64,000 nucleotides of DNA, from positions 1 to 64,000 of the forward strand of contig JBBIGR010000006.1 of NCBI GenBank assembly GCA_037447435.1, written 5' to 3'. Shown piece by piece: positions 39,348 to 50,000 of this stretch. Each line of letters starts with the position of its first letter. The first letter of the stretch is position 1. Below the pieces are notes generated by a model that was not told the DNA's origin, did no database searches, and saw nothing but the letters and a program-made list of their open reading frames with translations. The stretch is from Fibrobacteria bacterium. GTDB taxonomy: Bacteria; Fibrobacterota; Chitinivibrionia; Chitinivibrionales; FEN-1185. The position numbers and the translations under genes were made by a program.

Positions 39348-40613
39348 ATGATTTCGAAAAATATCACGTTGTCTTTGTCACTGATTTTCACAATTTCTAT
39401 TTTCTTGTTTTTTTTGAATTGCCAGGAGCAGAAAAAAATGTGCGGCCACAATTTTATCAAAGTTGGAGCAGGCTTTCAATATTTGGATAAAAGAGATCCA
39501 TCCAACATGCCGCCCAATGGGCTTGCCGTTGCAAAGGTTCCCCAATTCATTTCATTCGGATTTGACGATAATGGGTTTTCGGGGTGGAAAAATTCAAAAT
39601 CCCAAAATGGAATATCCTTTACCTTGGAACTTGCAAAAAATAAAAACAATCCGAAAGGAAAAGGAAATCCAAAAACTTTTGATGGTGCCAAATTACACTT
39701 TTCTTACTACATTGCAGGAGTCTACATCGGTGCGGAGCAAGCTGAAAGCCCTGTTTTTATTCGCAAAGCGATGCATGAAGTCCTTTCCTGCGGTAATGAA
39801 ATCGGAAACCACACCTATTCGCACGAACATGGAACGAATTTTTCACTTGCACGGTGGCAAGCGGACATAGATGAATGTACCCGACGGTTGATTAAGCCGT
39901 TCGATGCGGCGGAAGATCCCGAGAACCCGGACATTTTGAAAGGTATTGGGGATTCGGCCAATACTATTTTCGGGTTTCGGACTCCGTTCCTCGAATACAG
40001 CGATACGCTTTTTACGGCGATTAAAAATATGGGGTTCTGGTATGATTGTTCTATCGAGGAAGGCTGGCAAAAAGACCAGGACGGTACCAATTACCTTTGG
40101 CCGTATACTTTAGATAACGGAAGTCCCGGCAATGTCAAAACCACCCAGGACTCTGCTTCACCATTGATCGGAAAACATAGCGGTTTATGGGAACTTCCCT
40201 GTTATGCCGTTATCGTGCCCCCGGACAACAAGTGCACAGAATACGGAACAGTTCCCGGACTTCGCGCGAAACTTGCAAAAGTAAAAAAATATTGCGACAC
40301 CGCCGACGGCAAAATAACCGGATTGGACTGGAACCTGTGGGTTGATTTTCAGATGTCGAAACCGGAATTCCTGGCAACGCTCAAATATACTTTGGATTTA
40401 AGACTTGCAGGAAACCGGTGTCCGATGATGATCGGCGTGCATAGCGATATTTATTCCGATTCATATCCGGATACTATTGCCAATGCGACTCCGAAGGAAC
40501 GACGCGAAGCTTTGCAGGAGTTCATTGCCTACGCCTTGAGCAAGCCGCAAGTGCGTTTTGCCACAAATAAACAAATCCTCGATTGGTTACGAAACCCGGC
40601 GGCCATGGAATAA
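39348..40613 (+). CDS. CE4 polysaccharide deacetylase, possible lipoprotein
   Basis: GFDD, HTYSH, FRTPFLE, YDCSIEE, WPYT, LWELP, HSD motifs; paralog of the 12632 gene. Confidence 0.82.
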   Translation: MISKNITLSLSLIFTISIFLFFLNCQEQKKMCGHNFIKVGAGFQYLDKRDPSNMPPNGLAVAKVPQFISFGFDDNGFSGWKNSKSQNGISFTLELAKNKNNPKGKGNPKTFDGAKLHFSYYIAGVYIGAEQAESPVFIRKAMHEVLSCGNEIGNHTYSHEHGTNFSLARWQADIDECTRRLIKPFDAAEDPENPDILKGIGDSANTIFGFRTPFLEYSDTLFTAIKNMGFWYDCSIEEGWQKDQDGTNYLWPYTLDNGSPGNVKTTQDSASPLIGKHSGLWELPCYAVIVPPDNKCTEYGTVPGLRAKLAKVKKYCDTADGKITGLDWNLWVDFQMSKPEFLATLKYTLDLRLAGNRCPMMIGVHSDIYSDSYPDTIANATPKERREALQEFIAYALSKPQVRFATNKQILDWLRNPAAME

Positions 40614-40648
40614 AAAAAAGGCCGCGATCGGATTTCGCGGCCTTTTTT
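40613..40648. terminator. bidirectional intrinsic terminator
   Basis: aaaaaaaggccgcga..tcgcggcctttttt between convergent genes. Confidence 0.85.
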
Positions 40649-40666
40649 GTGTTTCTTAACGGATGA

Positions 40667-41752
40667 TTATTGCGAAACAAGAAATTTCTTTGATTGAACG
40701 TTCCCATTGTCCGTTAAGGATGCAACATAGGCTCCCGGCTTTAAACAAGCCGAAAGTCCGGTAAACGCATTTGCCCCGATACGCATTGCATGGACCTTTG
40801 CAGATAAATCGGCCACCAGCGCACCTTTAACGTCGTAAATTTTCATTGTCGCTTTTGAAGGATTTACAAGAGCTGCCGATACTTTCGCCTCGGTATTGGG
40901 TTTCGCTTTTGTTTGGGTCACGTAGCCTTTTTGATATACACGGATATAATCAATGGATAATTTCTGGGGAAAAATCGAATTGTCGATGCTGTTTCCCTGA
41001 TAATTTCCGCCGATAGCGATATTCGCGATAAAAAAGTGCGGCTGATGAAACGATTGGAAATTATTCGTTTTATTAATATCGGCATATTCCCAAATTTTTG
41101 TTCCATCCAAGAAATATTGAATTTTTAGCGAATCCCATTGAATTGCATACAGATGAAAGGTATCGCATAAACACGCGGTAAAATTTGTTTGATTCGTATG
41201 ATATTCCGGCGCATACGCTCCCCACGTAGAACTATAATGACAGGTGGTTACAAAACAATTGTCTCCCGCGCAGGCCGGAGTGCTTCCCAAACTATATTTT
41301 TGCGGGCCGGTACGTTGTTCGTACATTTCTATTTCTCCGCAGGATGGCCATTTTGAAACATCAAGATCGCTTCCCAAAGTCCAAAATGCGGGCCACAATC
41401 CGTTTCCTTTAGGAGTTTTTAATTTTGCTTCAAAATAACCGTATTTGAATTCCCTTTTGCCTTTCGTATGCATTCTGCAGGAAGTGTAACTGAAACCTCC
41501 CATGCTTTCATGTTTTGCAATAAGTGAACCAACGCCATTTGCCACTTCAAAATTCCCCGGGTTATAATATTCGGCCTCGAAATTTCCCCAACCCTGAACG
41601 CCGTTACCGGTTTCAAAGCTCCAATTGCTCGTATCTACGGCATTACCGTCAAATTCATCCGACCAAGCCAAATTGTACCCAGCCGGAGCCGCAGCCATAG
41701 TACTCAGCGCACTTATACAGACTAATCCGATTGCCAATACCTTTTTCAGCAT
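40667..41752 (-). CDS. GH16 laminarinase-like glycoside hydrolase with T9SS-like C-terminal domain
   Basis: WSDEFDG, GWGNFEAEYY, GLWPAFW, WPSCGEIEMYE, NIAIGG, IDYIRVYQ. Confidence 0.88.
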   Translation of the reverse strand: MLKKVLAIGLVCISALSTMAAAPAGYNLAWSDEFDGNAVDTSNWSFETGNGVQGWGNFEAEYYNPGNFEVANGVGSLIAKHESMGGFSYTSCRMHTKGKREFKYGYFEAKLKTPKGNGLWPAFWTLGSDLDVSKWPSCGEIEMYEQRTGPQKYSLGSTPACAGDNCFVTTCHYSSTWGAYAPEYHTNQTNFTACLCDTFHLYAIQWDSLKIQYFLDGTKIWEYADINKTNNFQSFHQPHFFIANIAIGGNYQGNSIDNSIFPQKLSIDYIRVYQKGYVTQTKAKPNTEAKVSAALVNPSKATMKIYDVKGALVADLSAKVHAMRIGANAFTGLSACLKPGAYVASLTDNGNVQSKKFLVSQ

Positions 41753-42140
41753 GAAATCCTCCACTTGTTAAAACGTTAAAGAATAATTTTTTTTATGAAC
41801 ACTGATTATGCGGGTTTTGTAATGTTACAATATACTGTCGCTTTTAAAAATTCGCAAACATATTTTTTCTAAATTAATTAAATAATAATATATTTTTATT
41901 ATAACTTATTGATTTTTTTAGTTATTATTTGATTTATTAATTAAACAAGATCGTGTATATTCGTAATCGCGATCATGAAAAGCCGCTGACTACCTTGACA
42001 TTGCCCATAAAAGCTATAAAAGTAAACGAGATTTTGTAATCGGCAACGCATGTATTTATTGCTCTATGTGTGAAGCCGATAGTATGTTATAACGATTAAA
42101 TATCGCATCCTTTAATCAACGTACTGCGGAGAAATGCTTT

Positions 42141-43439
42141 ATGATTTGGAACAAAGAATTCGAGACAATGAGCAGGAAACAACTTACGTTACTTCAAAGT
42201 AAGCGGCTTTCATCATTGGTGAGAAAGATCTATGCGACAAACCCTTTCTACAAAAGCAAGATGGACGCTGCCGGCATAAAACCGTCCCGGATCAAAGACA
42301 TTAAAGACATTGCCGCATTGCCGTTCATCACCAAAGACGAAATGCGGACCGTGTATCCGTACGGATTGCTCGCCTGCCCTGTTGACAACATCGTAGAAGT
42401 GCATACGTCGTCGGGCACGACGGGAAAACCCGTTGTCGATGCGTACACAAAAAAGGACATAGACCTTTGGGGCGAAGTCATGGCACGGACGCTTTCGATG
42501 GGAGACACGACAAAATCCGATAGGGTTCAAAACGCATACGGGTATGGGCTTTTTACCGGCGGTCTCGGCGTACATTACGGGACACGGAAAATAGGCGCCA
42601 TGGTCATCCCCATTTCCGGGGGCAATACGAACCGGCAACTGCAAATCATGCAGGATTTCGGATCCACTGTTCTTACTTGTACACCATCATACAGCCTTTA
42701 CATGGCCGAAGCAGCCAAAGAAATGGGTATCGATTTTAAAAAATTGCCGCTTAAAACCGGACTTTTCGGCGCAGAGCCTTGGAGCGAAAACATGCGGAAG
42801 GAAATCGAGGAAACCCTTCACATAAAAGCTATCGATATTTACGGTTTGACCGAAATCATCGGACCCGGAGTCGCGGCAGAATGCGAACGGCAGAATATGC
42901 TTCATGTGTTTGAAGACCATTTCTTCCCTGAAATCATTGATCCGAAAACCCAAGAACCCCTACCCGACGGTGAAAAAGGAGAATTGGTATTCACCACCAT
43001 CACCAAGGAAGGCACCCCGCTTATCCGGTACCGAACCCGGGACATTACGTATTTAAGCCATGAAAAATGCGGATGCGGCAGAACGCACGTGCGCATGCAC
43101 AGGATTTTGGGACGCACCGACGACATGCTGATTATCCGCGGAGTCAATGTTTTTCCTTCCCAGATCGAAGAAGTTTTGCTCCGTATGGACGGCATCGAAC
43201 CTCATTACCAGCTCATTGTCGAACGAAAAGGCAATCTCGATTGTCTCGAAGTGCAGGTGGAAGTGAATGAATCCGTGTTTTCGGATGAAATCCGGGGCCT
43301 CGAAGTTCGCGAAAAGAAAATCGAACACGCGTTGCACGAAGCCCTATTGATAAGTGCAAAAGTCAAATTGGTTGAACCCAAGACTATTGCAAGAAGCGAA
43401 GGAAAAGCGAAACGAATTATAGACAAACGCGTTATATAA
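42141..43439 (+). CDS. paaK: phenylacetate-CoA ligase-like protein
   Basis: [50 protein letters not shown]. Confidence 0.9.
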   Translation: MIWNKEFETMSRKQLTLLQSKRLSSLVRKIYATNPFYKSKMDAAGIKPSRIKDIKDIAALPFITKDEMRTVYPYGLLACPVDNIVEVHTSSGTTGKPVVDAYTKKDIDLWGEVMARTLSMGDTTKSDRVQNAYGYGLFTGGLGVHYGTRKIGAMVIPISGGNTNRQLQIMQDFGSTVLTCTPSYSLYMAEAAKEMGIDFKKLPLKTGLFGAEPWSENMRKEIEETLHIKAIDIYGLTEIIGPGVAAECERQNMLHVFEDHFFPEIIDPKTQEPLPDGEKGELVFTTITKEGTPLIRYRTRDITYLSHEKCGCGRTHVRMHRILGRTDDMLIIRGVNVFPSQIEEVLLRMDGIEPHYQLIVERKGNLDCLEVQVEVNESVFSDEIRGLEVREKKIEHALHEALLISAKVKLVEPKTIARSEGKAKRIIDKRVI

Positions 43440-43454
43440 TCTAAAGGAGCTTTT

Positions 43455-43886
43455 ATGAATATTCAGCAGATATCTGTATTTTTGGAGAACAAACCCGGAC
43501 GGCTCGCCCATGTCGCGGAAGTGCTGAAGAATAATTCCATAAATATTCGCGCATTAACCATAGCAGACACGTCGGATTTCGGTATTCTCAGGATGATCGT
43601 CAGCAATCCGGAACAGGGTTATGAAGTGTTGAAAAAGGCCGGATTCACGGTTAAGGTCAATACGATACTCGCGGTTGAAATTGACGACCGCGAAGGACTG
43701 TTTTACGACCTCATGAACCTCTGCGATAAGAACGGCCTTAACGTGGAATACACCTATTCCTTTGTCGAACAGTCGTCGAACAAGGCGATTTTATTTTTGC
43801 GCATAGAGAACTCCGATAAAGCAATAGAGGTTTTTTCCAAGAACGGATATAAATTGCTTACCGCCAACGAAGCGAAAAAGATTTAG
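43455..43886 (+). CDS. tandem ACT-domain protein
   Basis: QISVFLENKPGRL..IADTSDFGILR. Confidence 0.9.
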   Translation: MNIQQISVFLENKPGRLAHVAEVLKNNSINIRALTIADTSDFGILRMIVSNPEQGYEVLKKAGFTVKVNTILAVEIDDREGLFYDLMNLCDKNGLNVEYTYSFVEQSSNKAILFLRIENSDKAIEVFSKNGYKLLTANEAKKI

Positions 43887-43929
43887 TACTCTTTCGCCCG
43901 TGTAACCCTTTTTCATTGAGGAGGTTTTC

Positions 43930-45087
43930 ATGTCAAAACGCCTTGTTGTTGCCGTTGCGAGCGCCTGTCTACTTGCGATGCGATCTCTTTCGTTTTGCGC
44001 AGATGCAAAAGCAACGGAGCCGCTTAAAATCGGCGCAATATTCGCAATAACCGGTCCGGCATCGTTTCTCGGAGCACCGGAAGACAAAACAGCAAGAATG
44101 GTTGTCGACGACATTAATGCGAAAGGCGGAATAAAGGGGCAAAAACTGGTCCTTGTCATAAAAGATTCGCAGGGAAGCCCTGAAAAAGCGGTATCGTTTG
44201 CAAAACAATTGATCGAAGAAGAAAAAGTATTTGCCATCATCGGCCCATCGACCAGCGGCGAAACCATGCAAATCAAGGCCCTCTGCGACGAAAGCAAAAC
44301 ACTGCTTTTATCGTGCGCAGCGGCGGAAGTGATTGTCAATCCGTTGGCCAAATACGTTTTTAAAACGCCGCAAAAGGACAGTGATGCGGCCCGCAAGATT
44401 TTTGCCGAATTGCAAAAAATGAAAATCGACAAAATCGCGGTCATGTCGAGCAATACGGGGTTTGGGAAAGCCGGAAAAGAACAACTTGAAAAACTCGCTC
44501 CCGAATACAAAATCCAGGTCGCTCTTAGCGAAGTGTACGAAAAAGACGCCACCGATTTGACCGGGGTTCTCACAAAAGTCAAAGCCGCAAACGTGGGCGC
44601 GATCGTGAACTGGTCGATAGAACCTGCCCAGGCGATTTTGGCGAAAAACATGAAGCAGCTCGGCTTCACCATGCCGCTTTTCCAAAGCCATGGCTTCGGC
44701 AATATCCGCTATGTCAAAGAGGCCGGCGCTGCTGCGGAAGGGATTATTTTTCCCGCAGGCCGTTTACTCGTAGCCGAAGGACTTGCCAAGGACCATCCGC
44801 AAAAAACGCTGTTGGAAAAATACAAAAAAGATTACGAATCGAAATATAAAGAGGATGTCAGTACGTTTGGCGGCCACGCCTACGATGCCGTTACTATTCT
44901 TGCCAAAGCAATTGAATTGGCCGGTCCGAACAAGGAAAAAGTCCGCGATGCCATCGAATCGATTAAAAACCTTGTCGGTACCGCAGGCATTTATAATTTT
45001 TCGGCAACCGATCATAACGGCCTCGATATCAACGCATTTCAAATGTTGACGGTAAAAGACGGAAAATTCGTGGTTTACACAAAGTAA
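43930..45087 (+). CDS. livK: branched-chain amino acid-type ABC substrate-binding protein
   Basis: KIGAIFAITGPASFLG, INAKGGIKG, YDAVTILAKAI. Confidence 0.85.
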   Translation: MSKRLVVAVASACLLAMRSLSFCADAKATEPLKIGAIFAITGPASFLGAPEDKTARMVVDDINAKGGIKGQKLVLVIKDSQGSPEKAVSFAKQLIEEEKVFAIIGPSTSGETMQIKALCDESKTLLLSCAAAEVIVNPLAKYVFKTPQKDSDAARKIFAELQKMKIDKIAVMSSNTGFGKAGKEQLEKLAPEYKIQVALSEVYEKDATDLTGVLTKVKAANVGAIVNWSIEPAQAILAKNMKQLGFTMPLFQSHGFGNIRYVKEAGAAAEGIIFPAGRLLVAEGLAKDHPQKTLLEKYKKDYESKYKEDVSTFGGHAYDAVTILAKAIELAGPNKEKVRDAIESIKNLVGTAGIYNFSATDHNGLDINAFQMLTVKDGKFVVYTK

Positions 45088-45117
45088 TTTTCACACTTTT
45101 TATCCTTAAGTAATAGC

Positions 45118-45150
45118 CGACATCCGCGTCCGACTTGGCCGTGGATGTCG
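45118..45150 (+). other. intercistronic stem-loop after the binding-protein gene
   Basis: cgacatccgcg..cgtggatgtcg; typical position for an mRNA-stabilising hairpin. Confidence 0.55.
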
Positions 45151-45197
45151 AATTTAAAACGTCCCGATTTCAATTTCAAACATCCCTCGAGTAATGA

Positions 45198-46088
45198 ATG
45201 TCCTTTGCGTTGATTTTACAATATTTGCTATCGGGTATAACAACCGGCAGCATTTACGCTATTGTGGCAATCGGTTTTAATATCATTTACAATACCACGG
45301 GGATCATCAATTTCGCCCAAGGCGAATTCCTGATGATCGGAGCGATGACGGCGATTTCCTTTTCCGCATTCATGCCCTTGCCTGCCGCGATCGGTTGCGC
45401 CGTTTGTATCACTGCCTTGGTCGGCGCATTGGTTGAAATCCTGTTCATCCGCTGGCTCAAGAATCCTTCGGTTTTACGGATGATAATAATTACGATCGGG
45501 GTTTCGATCCTTTTACGGGAAGCCGGCCTTCACATTTGGGACGAAAAAGTGCGGTCGCTTCCCTATTTCACCGGAAACGAATGCTCGTCGATTTCGTTTA
45601 TGGGCGCCCATATTTCACCGCAAGTCGTGTGGGTGTTATCGGTATGCGCAGCCATGGTTTTACTATTGACTCTGTTTTTCAAATACACCCTGACCGGCAA
45701 ATCGATGCGCGCATGTTCCGCAAACAGACGAGCTGCAATTTTATGCGGCATTAATGCAAAAAACATGGTCACCTTGTCGTTTATGATAAGCGCCGCCATA
45801 GGCGCATTGGCCGGATGCGTTATTTCTCCCCTTACGCAAACCCATTATGATTGCGGCGCCCCGCTTGCGATAAAGGGATTTATCGTCGCGATTTTAGGCG
45901 GACTCGGTAACACGACCGCTGCCGTTGTTGCCGGATTGCTCCTTGGCATCATAGAAGCCGCAAGCATCAGCGTTATGCCCGTTGCCTATAAGGATGTGAT
46001 ATCGATTACCGTGCTTTTAGCGATTCTTTTTTTTAAACCTTCAGGGTTGTTCGGTAACAAGGAAGCAGGACGATTAAAGGAATTTTGA
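45198..46088 (+). CDS. livH: LIV ABC permease
   Basis: GSIYAIVAIGF, INFAQGE, ILGGLG. Confidence 0.88.
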   Translation: MSFALILQYLLSGITTGSIYAIVAIGFNIIYNTTGIINFAQGEFLMIGAMTAISFSAFMPLPAAIGCAVCITALVGALVEILFIRWLKNPSVLRMIIITIGVSILLREAGLHIWDEKVRSLPYFTGNECSSISFMGAHISPQVVWVLSVCAAMVLLLTLFFKYTLTGKSMRACSANRRAAILCGINAKNMVTLSFMISAAIGALAGCVISPLTQTHYDCGAPLAIKGFIVAILGGLGNTTAAVVAGLLLGIIEAASISVMPVAYKDVISITVLLAILFFKPSGLFGNKEAGRLKEF

Positions 46089-46140
46089 CGAAATCCTATA
46101 GAAAGTTACTTGATTTTAAATAGTTATTTTTATTAAAAAT

Positions 46141-47187
46141 ATGAAACGATATCTCCCTCTATTTTTTATTATTGCGGCGGTCATTGCCATCCAAGTTTGG
46201 GTTACGGCTTGCGATAAATCGTTTTACCTTACCCAGCTTACCATGTCGGCATACTATACGATCGTCGTCATCGGATTATGCATGCTCATGGGGTATGCGG
46301 GACAAATTTCTCTTGGACATGCGGGATTTTTTGCGATCGGCGGTTATTGCAGTGCGGCATTGTCGGGGGCCGATTGTACCGTATTCTCCCATTCCGCAAC
46401 GGGAAATCTTTTTGTCAAGCTCGGCCTGCTCATGGTAAAACAGGATTTATACGGATCCAGCCTCGTTCAATTGCACCCCTGGATCTGCTTTGGTGCCGCA
46501 ATTTTGATCACGATTTTCATTGCGTATCTCATCGGTATGCCCGTGCTTCGGCTCAAAGGCCATTATCTGGCAATGGCAACCCTCGGGTTCGGTTCCATCA
46601 TTTACAAAATAGTGCTGGGCACCAAGGTTTTCGGCGGCGCGGACGGCCTTTCGGGCGTTAGCCCGTTCGAAATCACCAAAGGTTTTTCCATTTGCGGCAG
46701 CATGGCGATGCGCGTTCCCAATTATTATTTCGCCTGGCTTTTAGTAATACTGGCCGCTTTATTTATGCAAAACCTCCTTCATTCACGCGCAGGACGCGCT
46801 TTACGTGCGATTCACGGAAATGAAGAAGCGGCAAACGCAATGGGAATAGATACCGCACGGTACAAACTTAATTTGTTCGTCATCAGCGCCGTTTTCGCCT
46901 CCGTAGCCGGAATATTCCTCACCCATTTCAACGGCGGCATCGGACCATCGGAAGCTTCGACCATGAAATCAGTCCGTTATGTCTCCATGGTCGCGGTAGG
47001 CGGAATGGCCAACTTATGGGGCAGTATACTCGCGGGTATCGGATTGAATTTTCTTTCGTTGCGCGGATATTTCGGCAGTTTCGACGAAGCGGTTTTCGGC
47101 GTTATTCTGGTCGTCATCATGCTTTTTGCCCCAAACGGTATACTTTTCAAACCCGGCATACCGTGGAAACGAAAAGGGGAAAATTGA
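46141..47187 (+). CDS. livM: LIV ABC permease
   Basis: GYAGQISLGHAGF, LRLKGHYLAMATLGF. Confidence 0.88.
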   Translation: MKRYLPLFFIIAAVIAIQVWVTACDKSFYLTQLTMSAYYTIVVIGLCMLMGYAGQISLGHAGFFAIGGYCSAALSGADCTVFSHSATGNLFVKLGLLMVKQDLYGSSLVQLHPWICFGAAILITIFIAYLIGMPVLRLKGHYLAMATLGFGSIIYKIVLGTKVFGGADGLSGVSPFEITKGFSICGSMAMRVPNYYFAWLLVILAALFMQNLLHSRAGRALRAIHGNEEAANAMGIDTARYKLNLFVISAVFASVAGIFLTHFNGGIGPSEASTMKSVRYVSMVAVGGMANLWGSILAGIGLNFLSLRGYFGSFDEAVFGVILVVIMLFAPNGILFKPGIPWKRKGEN

Positions 47188-47188
47188 C

Positions 47189-47953
47189 ATGGATCTACTC
47201 GAAGTCCGCAAACTTCACCGCAGTTTCGGCGGTCTGCATGCGGTAAACGACGTCAGTTTTACCGTTAAGAAAGGCTCCGTCAAAGGGATCATAGGCCCGA
47301 ACGGGGCCGGTAAAACGACATTGTTCAATCTCATTGCCGGGGCGACAAAAGCGGACAGCGGGACCATCGTGTTTAACGAAAAACCGGTACACGACAAACC
47401 GTGCCACGAAATTGCGCGATTAGGAATCATGAGGACCTTTCAAAACATCAAACTTTTCTCAAAAATGACCTGCCTTGAAAACGTCATGGTCGGAAGACAT
47501 GTGAAAAGTAAAGCGGGCATGGCCGCCGGTTTTTTGAATACGCCCGCAACCTGGCGGGAAGAAAAAGAAATACGGGAGATCGCTCTTGCGAAGATGGAAA
47601 TACTCGGCATTCCCCATTTGGCCGACACCGACGCTCAAAGCCTTGCTTTCGGACAACAACGCCATGTCGAATTGGCCCGGGCGCTTGCCGGAGAGCCCCG
47701 CTTATTATTGCTCGATGAACCGGCCGCCGGCCTTAACATGCAGGAAACGGAGGAGCTCGGAAAAACAATAGCGGCGATTAAAGACCTCGGGATCACGATT
47801 CTTTTGGTGGAACACGACATGTCGCTTGTCATGAGCGTTTCCGATGAAATCAACGTCCTCTGTTTCGGGCAGGTGATTGCCCAGGGCTCGCCCCGGGATA
47901 TACAGAAAAACCCTGAAGTTATCCGGGTATATTTGGGGGACGACAATGCTTAA
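47189..47953 (+). CDS. livG: LIV ABC ATPase
   Basis: GPNGAGKTT, RTFQ, LDEPAAG, EHDM. Confidence 0.88.
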   Translation: MDLLEVRKLHRSFGGLHAVNDVSFTVKKGSVKGIIGPNGAGKTTLFNLIAGATKADSGTIVFNEKPVHDKPCHEIARLGIMRTFQNIKLFSKMTCLENVMVGRHVKSKAGMAAGFLNTPATWREEKEIREIALAKMEILGIPHLADTDAQSLAFGQQRHVELARALAGEPRLLLLDEPAAGLNMQETEELGKTIAAIKDLGITILLVEHDMSLVMSVSDEINVLCFGQVIAQGSPRDIQKNPEVIRVYLGDDNA

Positions 47954-48680
47954 AGTGAGAAGCGTAGAATCGGGTTACGGCAAACTGAAGGTTTTGACAA
48001 ACGTTTCCCTGCACGTCGGCAAAGGTGAAATAGTCGGGATCATCGGTGCGAACGGGGCCGGAAAAACGACGTTGCTCCATACGATTTCACAAGTAATAAA
48101 ACCGCAGTGCGGAGAAATCCGTTTTAACGATATTCCCATCACGACGATCGCACCGCACAAAACCAACTCGCTCGGTTGCGTCCTTGTCCCGGAGGGAAGA
48201 CAGGTTTTTGCCCCGATGACCGTGGCGGAGAACCTGCTCCTCGGCGCATATTCGCTGTATAAAAAAGGCAAAAAGGAATGCGTTACGGAAGAATTATCAA
48301 AAGTCTACGGACTCTTTCCCGTATTAAAACAGAGACACGCCCAATTAGCGGGCACTTTGTCGGGCGGAGAGCAACAAATGCTTGCCATCGGCCGCGCATT
48401 GATGGCCAAACCATTATGTATAATGCTCGATGAGCCGTCTATGGGGTTGGCACCGCTCGTGGTAAAGGAGATTCTAACTGCGATCCGTACATTGCGCGAT
48501 ACAGGCACGACGATTTTGATTGTTGAACAAAATTCAAAAGCGGTGCTCGGCATTGCCGACCGGGGATACGTTTTGGAAACGGGATCCATCGTCCTTGAAG
48601 GCACTGCCCAAGACCTTTTGAATAACACCGAGGTCCAACGAGCCTATTTGGGCAAGGACTATACGCGGATAAATGAGTAA
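47946..48680 (+). CDS. livF: LIV ABC ATPase
   Basis: GANGAGKTT, VPEGR, LSGGEQQML, DEPSMGLAP. Confidence 0.9.
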   Translation: MLKVRSVESGYGKLKVLTNVSLHVGKGEIVGIIGANGAGKTTLLHTISQVIKPQCGEIRFNDIPITTIAPHKTNSLGCVLVPEGRQVFAPMTVAENLLLGAYSLYKKGKKECVTEELSKVYGLFPVLKQRHAQLAGTLSGGEQQMLAIGRALMAKPLCIMLDEPSMGLAPLVVKEILTAIRTLRDTGTTILIVEQNSKAVLGIADRGYVLETGSIVLEGTAQDLLNNTEVQRAYLGKDYTRINE

Positions 48681-48689
48681 GGAGACCGT

Positions 48690-50000
48690 ATGACAGTCCA
48701 TCAACTAAGCGAAACGATGTCGAAACCCGATCTTTCCCAATTGCAAATTGAAAGATTGCAAACCACGCTCAACCGGGTGTATCGTAATGTCTCGTTTTAC
48801 AAACACGCACTCGATGAACATAAAATCCAAATCGACACAATCAGGAACCTTGCCGATATTCGGAACCTTCCCCTTACTTCCAAGGAAGATTTGCGAAAAA
48901 GCTATCCGTACGACATGTTCGCGTTGCCCTTGCGCGACGTTGTTCGCATTCATGCAAGCTCGGGAACAACGGGAAAGCCCATCGTGGTCGGCTATTCGCG
49001 AAACGACCTTGCCCATTGGGCCGATCTTGTCGCGCGGGAACTTTCGTGGGCGGGAATTACCGACCGGGATGTGGTGCAAATCGGTTTTGCGTACGGACTG
49101 TTTACCGGCGGATTGGGATATCAGGACGGCGCGGAAAAAATAGGCGCATCGGTTATTCCCGCTTCGAACCAAACCGCCATGTCGGATCTTTTCACCATAA
49201 TGAAGGATTTCAAAACATCGGCGCTTATTTGCTCCCCCACGACGGCATTGACGCTTGCGAGGTATATGAGATCGACGGGAATTCACCCTGAGCAACTTCA
49301 TATGAAACGGGGCATTATCGGGTCGGAACCGTGGAGCGAATCGGTGCGAACGGAAATAGAAGAAACGTTTCAGATCGAACTTTTCGACAGTTACGGTCTG
49401 AGCGAAATCATGGGTCCCGGCGTATCGGCAGAATGCGAATGCCATTGCGGATTGCATGTCAACGAGGACCATTTCATTGTCGAGGTTATCGACCCCAAAA
49501 CTTTAGAAAGCCTCGATGAAGGCGATGAAGGCGAACTGGTATTCACCACGATAACAAAAGAGGCCTTTCCGCTGATACGCTATCGAACCGGCGATCGCGG
49601 CAGCATTATTCCCGGTCCTTGCAAATGCGGAAGAACCTTTGTCAGAACAAGCAGGATAACCGGTCGAACCGACGATCTGATAATGCTGCAGGGGGCAAAG
49701 GTCTTTCCATTGCAGCTATTGAATACGGTGCATGAAACCAAGGGCATTGCGCCGCAATGCCAAATCATCATTTCGAAAACCGACGGCGCGGACGCGATTG
49801 AAATCAGAGTCGCCATCGAGTCGAATTACGAGCATATCGACGAAATCAAAATCCTTGAAAAGCTGAGAACCGACCTGGGAAAATCCGTCAAGGACCGTTT
49901 CGGCATCGGCGCAAAAATCACGTTCATGGAAGAAACAACGCTTATAAACGAGAACCGCGGAAAAAAGCAGCCGGTGGTCATCGACAAACGTTATTCGTAA
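48690..50000 (+). CDS. phenylacetate-CoA ligase-like protein (second, more divergent paralog)
   Basis: [30 protein letters not shown]. Confidence 0.85.
   Translation: MTVHQLSETMSKPDLSQLQIERLQTTLNRVYRNVSFYKHALDEHKIQIDTIRNLADIRNLPLTSKEDLRKSYPYDMFALPLRDVVRIHASSGTTGKPIVVGYSRNDLAHWADLVARELSWAGITDRDVVQIGFAYGLFTGGLGYQDGAEKIGASVIPASNQTAMSDLFTIMKDFKTSALICSPTTALTLARYMRSTGIHPEQLHMKRGIIGSEPWSESVRTEIEETFQIELFDSYGLSEIMGPGVSAECECHCGLHVNEDHFIVEVIDPKTLESLDEGDEGELVFTTITKEAFPLIRYRTGDRGSIIPGPCKCGRTFVRTSRITGRTDDLIMLQGAKVFPLQLLNTVHETKGIAPQCQIIISKTDGADAIEIRVAIESNYEHIDEIKILEKLRTDLGKSVKDRFGIGAKITFMEETTLINENRGKKQPVVIDKRYS

Noticed and set aside
42039..42080. Weak hairpin in the paaK leader (possible riboswitch or attenuator)
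   Set aside because: No recognisable riboswitch or T-box consensus
43791..44702. 303-aa minus-strand ORF
   Set aside because: Antisense shadow of the LIV binding-protein gene
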